Part shown: one piece after another, positions 36,991 to 50,800 of the stretch
Numbering within the stretch: the first letter of the stretch is position 1
How the letters are laid out: each line of letters starts with the position of its first letter
NCBI RefSeq assembly: GCF_036321535.1
Contig: NC_087436.1
Coordinates: 63,924,001 to 63,988,000 of the forward strand
DNA length: 64,000 bases
Direction of reading: 5' to 3'
Source: Camelus dromedarius
Lineage: Eukaryota
Made by a program: the position numbers and the translations under genes
The notes under the pieces: model-generated
What the model was told of the DNA's origin: nothing
The model's database searches: none
The model's input: only the letters and a program-made list of their open reading frames with translations

Positions 36991-38689
36991 TAGATCAGAC
37001 TTACAGTGTGACTAGCGAAAAGGAAAAAGGCGTTATTTTACATTCAGTTTATATCAAAGTACTAAGTCATCTAACAAGCACTATCAAATATGAAAAATTG
37101 GCTACCAAAATTCTAACCATCTCATGGATGGCCTCTTTAATGAATTTTCATAGCTGCACGTTTACAAATTCCCTAAATATTGTCTCAGCACTTAGAGAAA
37201 AAATGTAACTGTCAGATGCAAAATAGAAGCATGAAACACACAGAAAATCAGCTATCTACTTGTAAAGCACTCATTGTGATTTTATCCCAAACTTCTTATC
37301 AAGGTAAAGCATTGAATATTAATAATAGATTAGAAAAACCCTGAACACTAATTTGTGGAAAGATCTACCACTACCATATCCAAGTTATTTATGTCCCCTT
37401 TCCAACATTTTCTCTCCGTTAATGGTATACATATGCCTTCTAGAAACAACACTAGCTTTATTTGCTTAGGAATCAGTAAGGCATCCTTCCATCTTGGTCC
37501 ATATTTACCAATGTATTACACCTTCATGTTTACTGTATCAAACAGTAGCATCCAGTCAACATCCTAGCCATATGCTCTCCAACCTTTGACAAGTATAATG
37601 AAATTCTGAGTATGCCTTACAGAATTGCCCTCTGTTCTATTCCGAATTCGCCTTATACTATGCCACGTTTCTTTTTAGGACTGAATAACAAAACCTTAAA
37701 TTTGATGGATTCAAGCAATGCTTTTTTATTAAAAATATATACTGAGAAAAATAAACTTAAGAAAGAATCAAGATTGACTCTGTAAATTGGAACATATAAA
37801 GCTGAAAGCATAAAAGAAAGTGTAGTTCCATTAAAATAAGTATAATTTAAAAGTCAAATTTAAATATATGCAGAAAGCATATGAAATTGTATGTATTTTA
37901 GCCATCAAGAACAGACAATATTATTTGCCTCAAAATTTTTAAGATCTTTAATGAAATAATGTAATGTTTAAAATATGGGGAAAACCACTGTAAAAACTGT
38001 TACCATGACAACAGAAAACCATTCAACTAGTCTTAGGCTAAGAAAAGTGAAAATGGATTCTTACTTCATGAGAAATATTAAAAAAGGAATTGTAATGTAC
38101 TAGTTACACTTTTGACTTAATAAATATTCCAGTAATATTTAAAAGCATGTTTCTTATAGATACATTATGAGTCTTTAGAAATAAATTTTTTAAAAAATTA
38201 AGAAAAAGTGGCCCTATTTCTGAAGAAACACGTGATGTCTCAGGATATAGATGAAAAAATTATTTTACATGAAAAAAATTTATTTTTTGCTTCATTTAAC
38301 ATATTTATTAGATTTCTACTATGTTCCAGCACTGTGACAGGTACTGTGGATAAACAACACAATCCCTATTATCTTGGAAAGAAAATGAAGTAGGAAAAAA
38401 GGCACTAATAATTTAATCATAACCATAAAATCTTTGTATATGTTGTGTCTGCTAGTGGAAAGGGAAGAGGGAAAGAATTCCTGACACAGGGAGAATGTAT
38501 GGTCAATCCTCAAACTATTTTTAAAAATCCAGTAAAGGCCCAAACATACATGATTTTGTACCAATTAAGACTTTGATCTTGTCTAAAGCCAATAGAAAGC
38601 TATTGAAGTGCTAATCAGAAAAATGAAATGATCATATTTTCGTCTCAAAGAAAATTAAATTTCAGACTACACCGCTCACCTTTGTTACA

Positions 38690-39110
38690 GAAACAAACAT
38701 CAAAAGCTTATGAAACAACAAAAGATTTGTATGTGAATGGTGCTGGTCAGCTGCAGCTCAGTTCTAGCTGTCAGTCTACACTTTTGCTCCCCGAGACTTC
38801 TTCATTTTCAGATCAGGCTGAAGGATCCAGCTCCAATCTGGCACACCTCTTCTCATGGCACATCAAAAAGAGCTCCCAGCAATGCACAATGTTCTTAAAG
38901 CCTCTGGGTAAAAGTGAAACAAGGTCTTTTTGGCTCCAATTTCATTGGCTCCCACAAGTTACTTGTCCATGACTGACCAAGTGGTCAGAATGTCTACTTA
39001 ACTAAATGAAAGGATTGGCAAGCCATGTGGCAAGAAGGGAGGAAGGGAGATACGTAATCCTTCAATAGAGAAGGAATAGAAGAGTTAGGAACAATAAAAC
39101 AACCTACCAC
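38690..39110 (-). mobile_element. Old MLT1-type LTR fragment
   Basis: 'cctcttctcatggca', 'cacaatgttcttaaagcctctgg', 'tttcattggc...caagttact' and the end 'acctaccaca'. Confidence 0.55.
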
Positions 39111-40007
39111 AGAGAATTTTCAAAATTACCCATGTTAAAATACACTTTTATGACTCTAATGAATAGAAGTATAAGATCGAAGAGCAAGGTCACTGCATTC
39201 TTAAAATCACCTTGCTTGTTACTAGGTATGAGGAAGCATGTTGGTAGATTTATCACAAGTGAAACATTTAGAGGAGGTATTCAAGGGTGACTACTTAAGC
39301 AATATTTGAAGGCGCATTACAACTTCATAAAATGTGTATCCTCCAATAAAAAAAGAAAACAAAATTAAAAATCATCTCCACTAATAGATTTCAATGCCTG
39401 CATTTGTAACTCATGTGTATTTATTAGTTTATTTCATCTATATAAAACAATTTAATTTTAAAAATTTCAGAACTAGAGCATTAGGGCTTATCTCTAGTTA
39501 TTTGTGCCCATATACATCAAAAATATACACAGCAATATCTCGTGTAAATAAGCATTAAAACTTAGCCAAGCACTTCCTATAAAATAAATGTAGTTAATTC
39601 ATGACCACAGTGAGAGCAATAGTTCAGAACTTAAAAAATATGAATCATATTTCATTTGAGAATTGATAGTTTAACTTCATCGAAGAATGAATAGCCAAAA
39701 TCATGTACTGACTAAGGTAGTAACTTACTCATTTTGCACTTTATAATGATGAGGGAATGTTTAAACACACAAACAATTATCCCTTGCCACTGAAATGTGT
39801 GCCTAGTGATGCGGCCTCCCAGAAGTTTCGTCAGTCTGTCTAGAAGTTTGAACACCTGCCTGATCAGAGCATCTCCAAGCACAGGATTTTTAATATTCCT
39901 TAAAAAGTACCTCTTTCATGCTAACAAATACTAATTTTCATAAGTATCATTCCATGAAAGTTTATTTTCATTAAATACTATGCCCTTTTTAAATGAACCG
40001 TTTGCAA

Positions 40008-40632
40008 TGTATTAGCTTTCTATTGCTATATAACAAATTACTACAAACTTAACTTTTTACAACCATATAAATTTATCTTCTCACGTTTTCCTTGGGTCAA
40101 GAACTAAGCACAGGCCAGCTGGATTCTCTGCTCTGAATCTCACCAAGCTGAAATCAAAGTGTTAGCCAGAACTGCAATCTCATTTCAGGCTCAGAGTCTG
40201 CTTCCAAACTTACTGGTTGTCGGGAGAACTCGGTCCCTGAGGCTGTACAGCCTGAAGTCTCCATTTTCTTGCTAGTTGTAAAATGGAAAACTCTCAGCTC
40301 TTAGGGGCCACCCTCAGGAACCTGCCAAAGCCTCACCCCCACAGGCAGTTCACCATGTGGTAGTTTACTTCTTCAAGGACAGCAAAAGAATCTGCTGTTT
40401 GACTTGCTGACTTCATTTAAGGGCTCAAATGATTGCATCAGGCTCACACAGAAAATCTCCCTTTAGATGATTTCAAAGTCAGGTAATTGGGGACTTACTT
40501 ATCTCTGCAGAATCTCTTCTACCACATAAGGTCACATAATCACAGTAATGATATACCATCACATTCACAGCTCCTTCCCATGCTTGAGGGGAATGAATGA
40601 AATCTTCAGGGTCATCTTAGAATCTGCCCACA
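40008..40632 (-). mobile_element. MaLR solo LTR (MLT1E-like)
   Basis: 'tgtattagctttctattgctatataacaaattactacaaactta...aagctgaaatcaaagtgttagcca...gggtcatcttagaatctgcccaca'. Confidence 0.85.
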
Positions 40633-41264
40633 AAACGTGGCTACACTTTTTTCTCGCCCTACTGTTTTCAACTTACCAATCTAAAATGGATAAATACAAA
40701 TTCATCTCCACACAATTTGACACACAAGTGCAATTTGATAATTAATACAACTGGAAGATCCTTGGTGGGGGGAGATTTTGCCAACTATACCATGTTGAGA
40801 AAACTTTTCCAATTAAAAACTGATTTCACATAAACATATATTTAAACTTAAAATAATTTTACTGTAAACAATGAGTTAACCAGAGAGGTCCAAAGGGGTA
40901 CTAAGATGGGTTTATTATCATTCCTCTCCCGCAAATTCCTCAAATTCAATCTTTTCCTTTCACTATTCCCTTTCCTCTAGGGATGATCCTGCACAAGCAT
41001 CAACATGGAGAATTTATAATAGCAACTTCAAAAGATAGGAAATTAGTAAAAACCATCATCTCAGTATACTTTGGGCTCATGAAAATTGTAAGCTAGATTT
41101 TCAGTAAACAAGCAAACAAATCAATGAGAGAGAGAGAGAGAAACAGAGTATTGGCTGGCAACCTCAGTCTTGTCCTGAACAATGCAAATACTGAAATTTG
41201 TGTTTTAAACTGAATATTCAGCAAATTCCAAAATTACATTTATTTTTGTTTGTCTTAAATTCTT

Positions 41265-41548
41265 GGGGGAGCGTATAGTTCAAGTGGTAAATAAAGCACA
41301 TGCTTAACATGCACAAGGTTCTGGGTTCAATCCCCAGTACCTCCTCTAAAAATAAATAAAACTAATTTTCCTCCCTCTGCCAAAATTAAATAATTAAATA
41401 ATACAATAATAAATAAAAATATTTTGTGAGGGGAGGATATAGCTCAGTGGTAGAGTGCATGCCTAGCATGCACAAGGTCCCAGGTTCAACCCCTGGTACC
41501 TCCACCAAAAGTAATAAATAGATGAACCTAATTACCTCCCTTAAAAAA
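41265..41548 (+). mobile_element. Two head-to-tail Vic-1-type SINEs (about 41265-41425 and 41429-41548)
   Basis: Two tRNA-like heads (tatag.tca.gtggta... ggttcaa.ccc). The outer flanks share ttaaattctt (41255-41264, 41549-41558). Confidence 0.92.
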
Positions 41549-42478
41549 TTAAATTCTTAAGGCAACCTATGCATTCAAAAATATACATATATTTCAAATG
41601 ATTTTTTTCATTAGGAATTTATAAGAAACTGAATATCTGAGGGTGAAAATTAATAAATGCTAAATTATGAAGGAAATCATTATCTTTTAATATGAGTAGA
41701 AAAGCTCTAAGGCTAATAAGGAATAAAACCTAGACACCATTGGAGTTGCCATTTATTACTGAAAAAAATCATCTAATTTCAGCATGGTATAAATTACAGT
41801 ATAAATATTTAATTGTTTATCAAAACTATTCTAGGGAGAGATGGGTTTTTAGGTACATTCTGCAGGCAGGCATAAGGAAGTGCTAAATAATCCAATTCAA
41901 TTAGAACTTGAAAGCTTCCCACTTAGAGATAAGCTGCCCATTTTGAGATTCGCTGTCAGTTTGAGTGGACTGATATTTACCTCATTATTTTTCTGTGTTT
42001 TTTTTATTGTTTATAAGGTTCTTCCACTTCTAATATGTTTTATCCTATTATGAAATATGTGGTTCAGATTTGAGAATATGAAGATATAAACAATAAACTG
42101 TAGTTTTACCATGCTAAATAAGATGAACCCAGACATACAAGATAGAGAGATTAACCAAAACATAACTTTAAAATATAATAACTTTCTACCCTCCATACAT
42201 ACAAAAAGTATGAAAAATGGATGGCAAAATACACTGAAATCTCACTATACCACTTTAATCCTAAAAGGAATTCAGCAGATAGAAGCTTATCTTTCATTTT
42301 ACCAGAGATGTTTGGAAGGTAAAAATAGAAAAAGGATCTTAACTCTAAGGTGATCCCTTGCTCTGATCCCTAGAGGACTATATTATAGAAAGACTTCACA
42401 GTATCTCTTAATTCAGCAATAAAATGAAAACGTATTTGAATATTCAGAACTTTATTAATAATTCTGAAAATATTTTTA

Positions 42479-42638
42479 ATTGAAGTATAGTCAGTTTACA
42501 GTGTTGCATTAATTTCTGGTGTACAGCATAATGATTCAGTTTATATATATATATTCCTTTTCATGTTATTTTTCATCATAGGCTATAACGTGATATTGAA
42601 TATAGTTCCCTGTGCTATACAGTAGGACCTTATTGTTC
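42479..42638 (-). mobile_element. Truncated cetartiodactyl L1 3' end
   Basis: 'attgaagtatagtcagtttacagtgttg...atatagttccctgtgctatacagtaggacc' with perfect TSD attctgaaaatattttta (42461-42478, 42639-42656). Confidence 0.92.
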
Positions 42639-42744
42639 ATTCTGAAAATATTTTTATCAGTGCTTCCTACAAAACATTAAAACATCATTCAAACATTTGG
42701 ATAAGAGTGGAAATTAAGACAGTACTAAAAATCAAATCATCTTT

Positions 42745-43010
42745 TAAAAACTTTTTTACTTTGCAAATTTACTTCAGTAAACTTGACCCTTTCTGGTGTT
42801 CAGTTCAAGAAATCATAATACACATTCTTGTAGCTACCACAACAATCAGGGTCTAGAATAGTTTCATCACCCCCCCAAAAAAATTCCTTGGAACTACCTT
42901 TTATGATCACAGCATGCCCCAACCTCTATAAAGTACTGATTTGTTCTCCGGGCGATAGCTTTATCTCTTCCAGAATTTCACATAAATGAAATATGCAGTA
43001 TGTCACCCTT
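42745..43010 (-). mobile_element. Old L1M 3'UTR fragment
   Basis: 'ctaccacaacaatcagggtctagaatagtttcatcacccccc...ttccagaatttcacataaatgaaat'. Confidence 0.7.
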
Positions 43011-46000
43011 AAATGTGGAATGTTGTATGTAGGTAGGTACAAAAAAGAGTAATCAAAAAAAAAAAAAAAAACCCAAACTCAGTACAATCATGCAGTGCTC
43101 ATTAAAATAACCGTGGAAATACAGCTTAGAAGTCTGCCCACAGGCCTGGAACTGAAGATGAACCACTTCTAGATACGAGGTCAGAATGAAAGGATAGAAA
43201 TAGCACCTTCTTTCACCAGAGTAGGACATGAAAATGTAAAGCTGTCCCCAAATTCACCTCTCAGAAGTATTTGGCTTTTAGATATGTTCTACAACTTTAC
43301 GATTCTTTTAAGCTGGCTATTCCCACTTCCCTCTTTGGAATATGGAACTCTAACATACACCTGTTAGAGTCAATTAATTTGTGAAAGAGCTCCAAAAGCT
43401 GTAAGGAAAAGCTCCTTTCCATTTATTAAGGAATCACAGAACGGCCATATATTAATTGCTAATCCGTTTCTCACTTAGAATAGTGAGACAACACAAAGGC
43501 ATTTAAATTACAGCTTTTTAAAAAAATATAAATGGATATTTCTGTAACAATAAGGATAAGCTTTCCTCTAAGAATTTATTCCTTATTTGTGAACTTATTT
43601 TTCTAGTCCAGATTTTGGAGGAAAAAATATGGACGGAGGAAAAAATATGGACAGCGGAAACAAGGTTTTTCAAATGATTTTTGATTCATCTTTATAAATG
43701 GATTGAAGAGCATGGATATAATAATTTATAATAAAGAACAACTCTATAAATATTAGCTTATGATGGAAAATGTATAACTTCATATCAATTAAGAGATTGT
43801 CTTGTTAGCTAGGCCTTTCAGATAGCAAAGTGATGGACTAGAGAACACTAAATAAAATTACTGCAACCTGATGGGGCTGCTGTATCTAGAAAGTGATAAA
43901 GAAAGCCTCGTATTCTCTTGTGAATTTACAATATTTTATTGGTTGTTGTATAGTCTGAATGACAACTTTGAATCTCTAACAATCAGAAAGGTTAAGGAGA
44001 AAACTTCCAAAGTATTTGATGGAGATAAGGATCCTTATCCATTACAGCAGTATATTAAAAAAAAATGCAGTGATTGGAGAAAAGGAATCAATATTTCAAT
44101 GTATCCTTCCTATTACTTGCTATTTTCTCTTTTCTATTATAATATAGAACTTCAAAATCCATCATTTAGTCATATAGTTTTTATAAATTGCTGAGAACAT
44201 ACTGATTCACATATACTTCACCACCCTGGAAGTTTGCAAAATACTAACAATGAAAGTTGCTCTTATAAATAATAAAATAGCAAAGCTTTGTCTTGAAATA
44301 CTGTGTTTTGATCATTGCAGATTAAAGAGCTATCACACAAGATTACAAAGGCTAAAATACAGCCCACAATTTGCAGGTCGTTGGGAAACGTCTATTTTCC
44401 AAATAAACCTCAAAATAATATTTTTATTTTGTTCTTGTGCACTACAAACTCATGCTACAGCTGGTTCATTACTCCACTGAGGACAATTAGACAATTCATG
44501 CATTTTCCTCTATAGGATATTCTCTTCCATAAGCTACTTAAGAAGTCATTGGCCTTGATTACCAACAATAAACATCTATTGAGCCTCAACTATGTGTCAG
44601 GTACTTTATTAGTCACACTTTTACAAGAAGAGAGTCACTCCGAAGCAAATATACCCAGTTAGTTTCCCTATTTCCAATCCCTCTGAGGACTGCATGTATC
44701 CAGCCACTTGGAGCATTCCTTCACATGAAACGGAATCTGCACCTGCTCAGTTGATGAATTTTGTACTTCTACAAATATGACACAGAAGAGTCTGTGTTAT
44801 ATCTGGGAAGCAGCTGAAGATTAGCAATCTGGATAGGCAATCAAGGAGAGGTCAAGAGTAAGGACTCTGGCTGAGGGCTTATAGGTCAGAAAGGTAACAT
44901 TGGAATAGAACAGGAATATAACAAAGGGGGCCTTGATTTGATCCTGTGGAAACAAAAGAAGGATCAATTCCATGCCAAAGCATGAAGCAGCATATATTTA
45001 GTGTCTGCCACTCAACTTAGTATTGTCTTTGGCTCCATGGAAACGGTAGTTCCTTTTCACTTACCCAGTGTAACTAGTGTTTCTCTATCCACCCACAAAG
45101 AAAATTTGCTCTTGAAAAGGATATAGCTTCCTTCACTTTAAAGTGTAAAATATAGATCTTCAAATTCTACCCAATTTGTCAAGCACTGGAGAAGAGAGAC
45201 TTAGCTAAAAGATAAGAGTCAGTGTATTTATTATGTAAACAGCACCTGCTGATCCTGCCACCTTAAGGTCTGCTTTTTCTCTTCCCTTAACAATAACAAC
45301 AAAAAAAGTGTTTAACCTAACTCTGGGCAGGCCATTCTCCTTTTGGGGATTTGGAATCATGGGAAGCGGAAATAAGCAAGAGCTAACTACTCCAGGGACA
45401 AATGGAGAAAAATTTTAGATGTTTAATTATCCTTCTCCGGTTATTTCAGTTTTGTCCCTGACTTTATTTTTGGGTTTTGTCCCTATTAAGCTGACTTTGC
45501 ATCTAGTCACTGTAAGCTCATAAAAGCACAATGACAGCTAAGCAATGATTCAGGACCTGAGCCCCTTTGTAAGCCCACACTCTTCCTCTTTTGTCAAATG
45601 AAAAGCAACATTCTATGCTTTTGGTTCCAAATTCATGATTCCTTATGGTAACTTCATACTTTCCTTCAAACTTCACCTCCCATGCTCTGGTTTGCTGATG
45701 ATACAGGCTCGCATTTTGGACACAATTCTCTACTATTTCTGCAGTTTTCTATAGGCCTGAGTTTTTCAAACACTGCACATTCCGGAGAAAGAACTGTCTT
45801 CAGGACAGACCCTTGTCAGGCTTCTGTAAAATAATCTCAGATCCATCCCCCCAAAAGAGGTGCTTTTGTCAAAAGCAATGGATGGACAGACCAAAAATAA
45901 ACATCCACATACTTGAGTGGCATTGAAGGGTTTTACAGTCAAATCTATGCCTAGATTTTGTGCTGTCTCCCACTACCCCTTGCTCTCCACCCAATTTCGC

Positions 46001-46420
46001 ATCCGTCTTTAGTTATAGAAGGTTACTCACTATTGTACTATCACATGCTTCCCTGCCTCTACGTCTCTGGTCATGCTGTTGCCTGTGTTCAGTAGATCTT
46101 TCCCCCTCTTCTTTATCTTTTGAAATTTTATTTATTCATCAAGACTCAGTTCAAATGTAACATGTTTGGTGATACTTATTATAAGCCACTAATTAGAATC
46201 AATTTTTCACTCTGCTAATTTACACACTCAGTTTATACTTTTATTATAAATTCACTGTCTTAGAATTAGTTGTGGGCATCTATAGCCAGCAGAAGATTAA
46301 AGAACAGGAAAAAATGTGTCTTAATTATTTTTATCCCCTCTAATTTACATGAGTAGCTGGCTTTGTATCCCCTTCCATAATTTTTTCTCACTGCTCTCCA
46401 TTCCCCTCATCTTCAGTTTA

Positions 46421-46569
46421 TTTTTTGTTTGTTTGTTTGCTTTTATAGGGGGAGGTAATTGGGTTTATTTATTTATGTTTTTTAACAGGAGGTACTGGGA
46501 ATTGAACCCAGGACCTTGTGTGAGTTAAGCATGCACTCTACCACTTGAGCTATACAGTCACTCCCTCCT
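46421..46569 (-). mobile_element. Vic-1-type camelid SINE
   Basis: 'ggaggtactgggaattgaacccaggaccttg...agcatgcactctaccacttgagctatac'. TSD cctcatc(t/c)tcagttta at 46405-46420 and 46570-46585. Confidence 0.93.
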
Positions 46570-49254
46570 CCTCATCCTCAGTTTATAATGTAAATACAGA
46601 GCATAATTGTTATGCAAAAATAGTGTCAAGACAAGTCTAACTTCACCTTTCCACCAGATTGCAACCAATAAACACAACCCATAATGAATATTCTGGAATC
46701 ACTTCTAATCCTAGTGCTTTGATCTAAATAAACAGTAAATATATTAATTGAATTTGATTGAAGTAAAAAGCTACCGAGTTTCTCTTAAAATATTCTCATT
46801 GGCCCACAATGAATCATCCTACTAGTTAGATGACAAGCTATTGAATATTAAGGTTTTTAAGTAACAAATGTTTAAGCAAGACTGTAGGATGAGAGTACAT
46901 GTAAGTATAAAAGTGGATTTAACTTGGATACATTACATAAAATAGTTATTTTATATGCATGTCTAAATATCAGAAAGAATTAATCATTACTCATGAATAA
47001 ATGGATCATATATCATATACAAAGAAATTACAAAGGTCACTTTTTTAAAAATAGCACATTCATAATCAATATAATTAGTTCTATGACCATACCTATTGCT
47101 GCCTATTTTACAGGAGTATGACTCCTGGATCACAACCAAATTTATCAGCTGAATTTCAGCTGCAGAATTCATGTTTCTCATAACTACCTGAGAGGGAGAA
47201 GAAGCAGTTTCATTTTCAGCCCTAAGTTGAGACCACAGTGTCAGCTGGAAAATGACAAACTTTAACTTTCAAATGAACTCTTTTTATTGTGGAAATCACT
47301 TAGAAAGAATAAATATGAAAGCAGTGATAGTGTATTTTCTGATGCATTTCAGATTTTAGCCAAAGCCAGAAAGGGTGACTGTAGTGCTACAGAAAATATT
47401 TTCCTGCCTATGTCTTATAATGCATATAGCTGTCAAAAATAATCTCACTAGACCAATATATACATATATTATACAGATTCTCATAACATAAATAGTCAGT
47501 ACAAAGCAATTAGCACATCAGAATTTTTAATTTAATGATTTAGATCATATTTTTTGGCCTTTACTTTCATACATTTTTTCCGAAAGCTGAAATTTATTAT
47601 ATGCCATAGTAAGAAATAATAGTTTCCAGTAAGTGTGCAATTGGGATTATATTTTAGTTTGTTTTTAATTTCTAGGTTCATTCCTAGAATTGAAGACATT
47701 TTGGTTTCACGTTATACATTTGTTCTTTCTTTTTATCTTCAGCTTGAAAAAATTAAACAAGAATAATGTTTGATATTTAAATATGTGGATGTAAAACATG
47801 GCATTTATGATCGTTAATCCGTGTGCCTACCATATCTTCCTAGCTAACCTTTCTTCTGCTATTGTACAATAACAGGATGATTTAGTTATGTTGACCCTCT
47901 CAGACAGCAGAATAGTCCAATAACAATATCTTTCACTTACTGATAGCATGTATTAGTCACAACACCAAAGACTGTATATACTATCATGAAAATAAGCATA
48001 GAATGGTTTAGACCTGCAAATATTTGGGTTCAAATACCAGACCAATCCCTGAGGACTTATGTAACTATGGGAAGCTACTCAAATCTCTTGTGACCCCTTT
48101 ACTTCACGTATGATTTCATGATAATGACAGCCCTTAGCTTACAGAGTTTCTATGAGCATGAAATTAGTTAATATTTGAAAAGCTCTAGACAAATTGTAAG
48201 TACTCAAAAATTATTTATGTTCTAGTCCTAGCTTGGTCACTAAATAATGTCAAACATTATGCAAGTTACTTATTCTCTTTTGTCAAATGAAAATAAGACA
48301 GCTTCCTTAATTAGTTATTAGAGTTGCCATAGGTGCAAAGTTTTAAAATTTTAAGAATTTACATATTATGAAAGGATGTTTCCAATATGAGTGATCAATC
48401 TTAAAGGAAATGGAGCAGACTTAAAGATGTGCCATAAGTAGGTATAATGGTAAATGGACCAAAAGGGAAGAGAAAAGAGAGAAAGAAAACAAATAAACCA
48501 AAGTGTTGTGTATTCTTGAGTTAGGAATTCTACAAAAATTTAAAAGAACGTGTGACATATACAGACCAAAACTAATAATGTTTCTAAAACACAGAAACCT
48601 AGAAAATACTATAAACTTACAATAGAGCAATGGTTTTAGAATGTGCAATGTGATAAGTACTCAATAAATATTCATTATTATGAATAAATACCTTCAGAAC
48701 ACTTTTACAATGTATGTGTTTTTATTTCTGATTTACTAATTGTAAAATAAAAGTTAGAAATTTAAGTAAATTACCAAAGATTTGCAGCACAACTAAAGCT
48801 AGAGTTCAGGTTCAAATTGAAGTCCTAGGCAGGTAAAGACTGCATGCTTTAAGATAATAAACTGCCTCTCAATTCCATGAAATCATGTCTAAGTCTGTCT
48901 GAGGCAGTGATGGAAACCTCAGCTGAAATACCCAGTACATCTTACCAAACATTTTAGAAAAATTGTTTCTCTTCCATTTAAAAAAACATTGATTGACACT
49001 AAAAATACAGTAACATTGCATGAGTGAAAGGAATTAACATAATCTTCTAGAAGCTTGTATAAGGTAACTATGTATATTTTATATTGTACTATATTTTATA
49101 CATAGAATTCTACAGGGAATTTCAAGGATAGTTTTGCTATGTGCAATTTTAACCTTTCACATGAGCTTTAGGACCTAACATTACACTTCCCATCCACTGG
49201 CAAGAAGCAAATTTAATCTGTTCTCCTTGTATGATACTCAGGCGTCTTATGCTC

Positions 49255-50357
49255 CCTACATTAATGAAGGTAGACTAACCGCTGCAATCCGCAAATGTCA
49301 AAATTTCAGTAGTTTACCACAGTAAACATTTCTTTCTTATTCAAAAATCCTTCAAATTGAGTTTTCCCAGTCTGTGGGTGGTTCCCCTTCAAGCTGTGAC
49401 ACAGGGACCTAGACCTCTTTCATACTGTGAATGTGATCTCTTATCCTTAGCACATGGCTTCTAAGATCTATGGACCGTCTTGCACAGGCAGAAGAGCAGA
49501 GAAAAAAAAAAAAAATTACCTGCGGGAGGTCCTGTAAGCCTGACCTGGAAGTCTGCAGACTTAATAGCATTTTTACTATATACATATTGTACATTATATA
49601 CGTTACAATGTCTGTACAACATACATTCATTTGCCAGAACTCAGTCAAATGGTTAAGAAACTGAGGGTAGTCATCAGTCAGATCCATTAAACTATAACTT
49701 GCTTAATAAATAATAAACTATAACTTGCCTTCATTGACAAAGCTTGCTTTGTTTTCACAAAAACTGCACATCCTCCGAGCGACAGGTACGCTAAACAATA
49801 AGTTATTTTGCCAGAGTTGTTCGTCAGGAACTTGCAGTCAACTGTGTCCTGTTTGAGCTCAAGCCGGTTAAAGCCGGTTGAGACTGACAACCCTCCAACT
49901 GGGCATGCGCAAGTGTCTGCCGTGACCTTTTTACCTCAGAGGGCCGAAAGCTCCGCCTTCGCTCAGAAGGGCTCGCATCTGCCATTTTCTGAGCATGCGT
50001 CCCATGAAGAAGCCCGTAGTTCAGCTGCACCTGCACAGGACGATTACCTCATCTTTTTATTTCCAGTCCCCTTTCCCCACAACTCTACAGCTCAGACCAC
50101 CCTGCTTCTCTATCCCATGAATGTCGGTCCCCTTATCTTCTGGGAGGCAGATTTGAGATTTGTTCTCCTTGCTTGTCTGCCTTGTGATGAACCCTTTCTC
50201 TGCTGCAAACTTCGGCGTCTCAGCATTTGGCTTGCTGCACTGCGGGCAAAGGAACCTGGTTCGGTAAGAGTTACACATATCTATAATAGAGGATGAGAAA
50301 AACAGGGTCACTCTATGCACAGGAAGGTTTGGTGACAAACTAGCTAGTTTGAGACAT
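49255..50357 (-). mobile_element. Old MLT1 LTR split by an ERV1 LTR
   Basis: MLT1 motifs ('cagggacctagac', 'cattcatttgccagaactcagtca') stop at ~49650 and resume at 50274 ('cacatatcta...tttggtgacaaactagc'). Confidence 0.6.
49656..50269 (+). mobile_element. ERV1-class solo LTR (about 614 bp), CpG-retaining
   Basis: U5-like end 'ccctttctctgctgcaaacttcggcgtctcagcatttggcttgctgcactgcgggcaaaggaacctggttcggtaaga' and a 4-bp TSD gtta (49652-49655, 50270-50273). Confidence 0.8.
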
Positions 50358-50559
50358 AGTCTCACTACCTGAAGACAATGTCTCGTTTTACAGTTCCAAA
50401 TACTTTGAAGCCCAATCCAAATGCAACCTTCTTGGGAAGTTTTCTGGGTTCTTCCAACAAAGATGTGATTTCTGCCATAGGTGAACTGTTAAACATGTTT
50501 AGAGGGGTTTGGTTTGGTTTAGTTTAGTTTGGTTTTTATATTGCTCTTAAAGCATTTAC

Positions 50560-50800
50560 CCTAGAGGCAAAATAGAGAGGTTAAGGCTGTGACTTAAGAG
50601 CCAAAGTCACAAGTTCAAATGTTTACTTATTAATTTCATGACGTTGGAAAGTTTCTTTAACCCTCTGTGACTTAGTTTACTTATCTGTAAAACAATACTC
50701 TCCTTAAAATGTAGTTAAAAGGTTGAATTGGTATGATATATATAATGCGCTTAGAAGAGTGTCTGGCTCATGATGAGTGTTTCAGTAAATGTTATCAGTT
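50560..50800 (+). mobile_element. MIR SINE
   Basis: 'tttctttaaccctctgtgacttagtttacttatctgtaaaa...gcgcttagaagagtgtctggctcat'. Confidence 0.75.

Noticed and set aside
41265..41510. tRNA-like sequences (also at 10165, 46490, 61155) as tRNA genes
   Set aside because: They have A/B boxes but also AT-rich tails, TSDs and degenerate stems, so they are SINE heads.
49808..50296. Longest ORF in the track (162 aa)
   Set aside because: It lies within a solo LTR, has a non-ATG start and shows no recognisable domain. It is a by-product of higher GC content.
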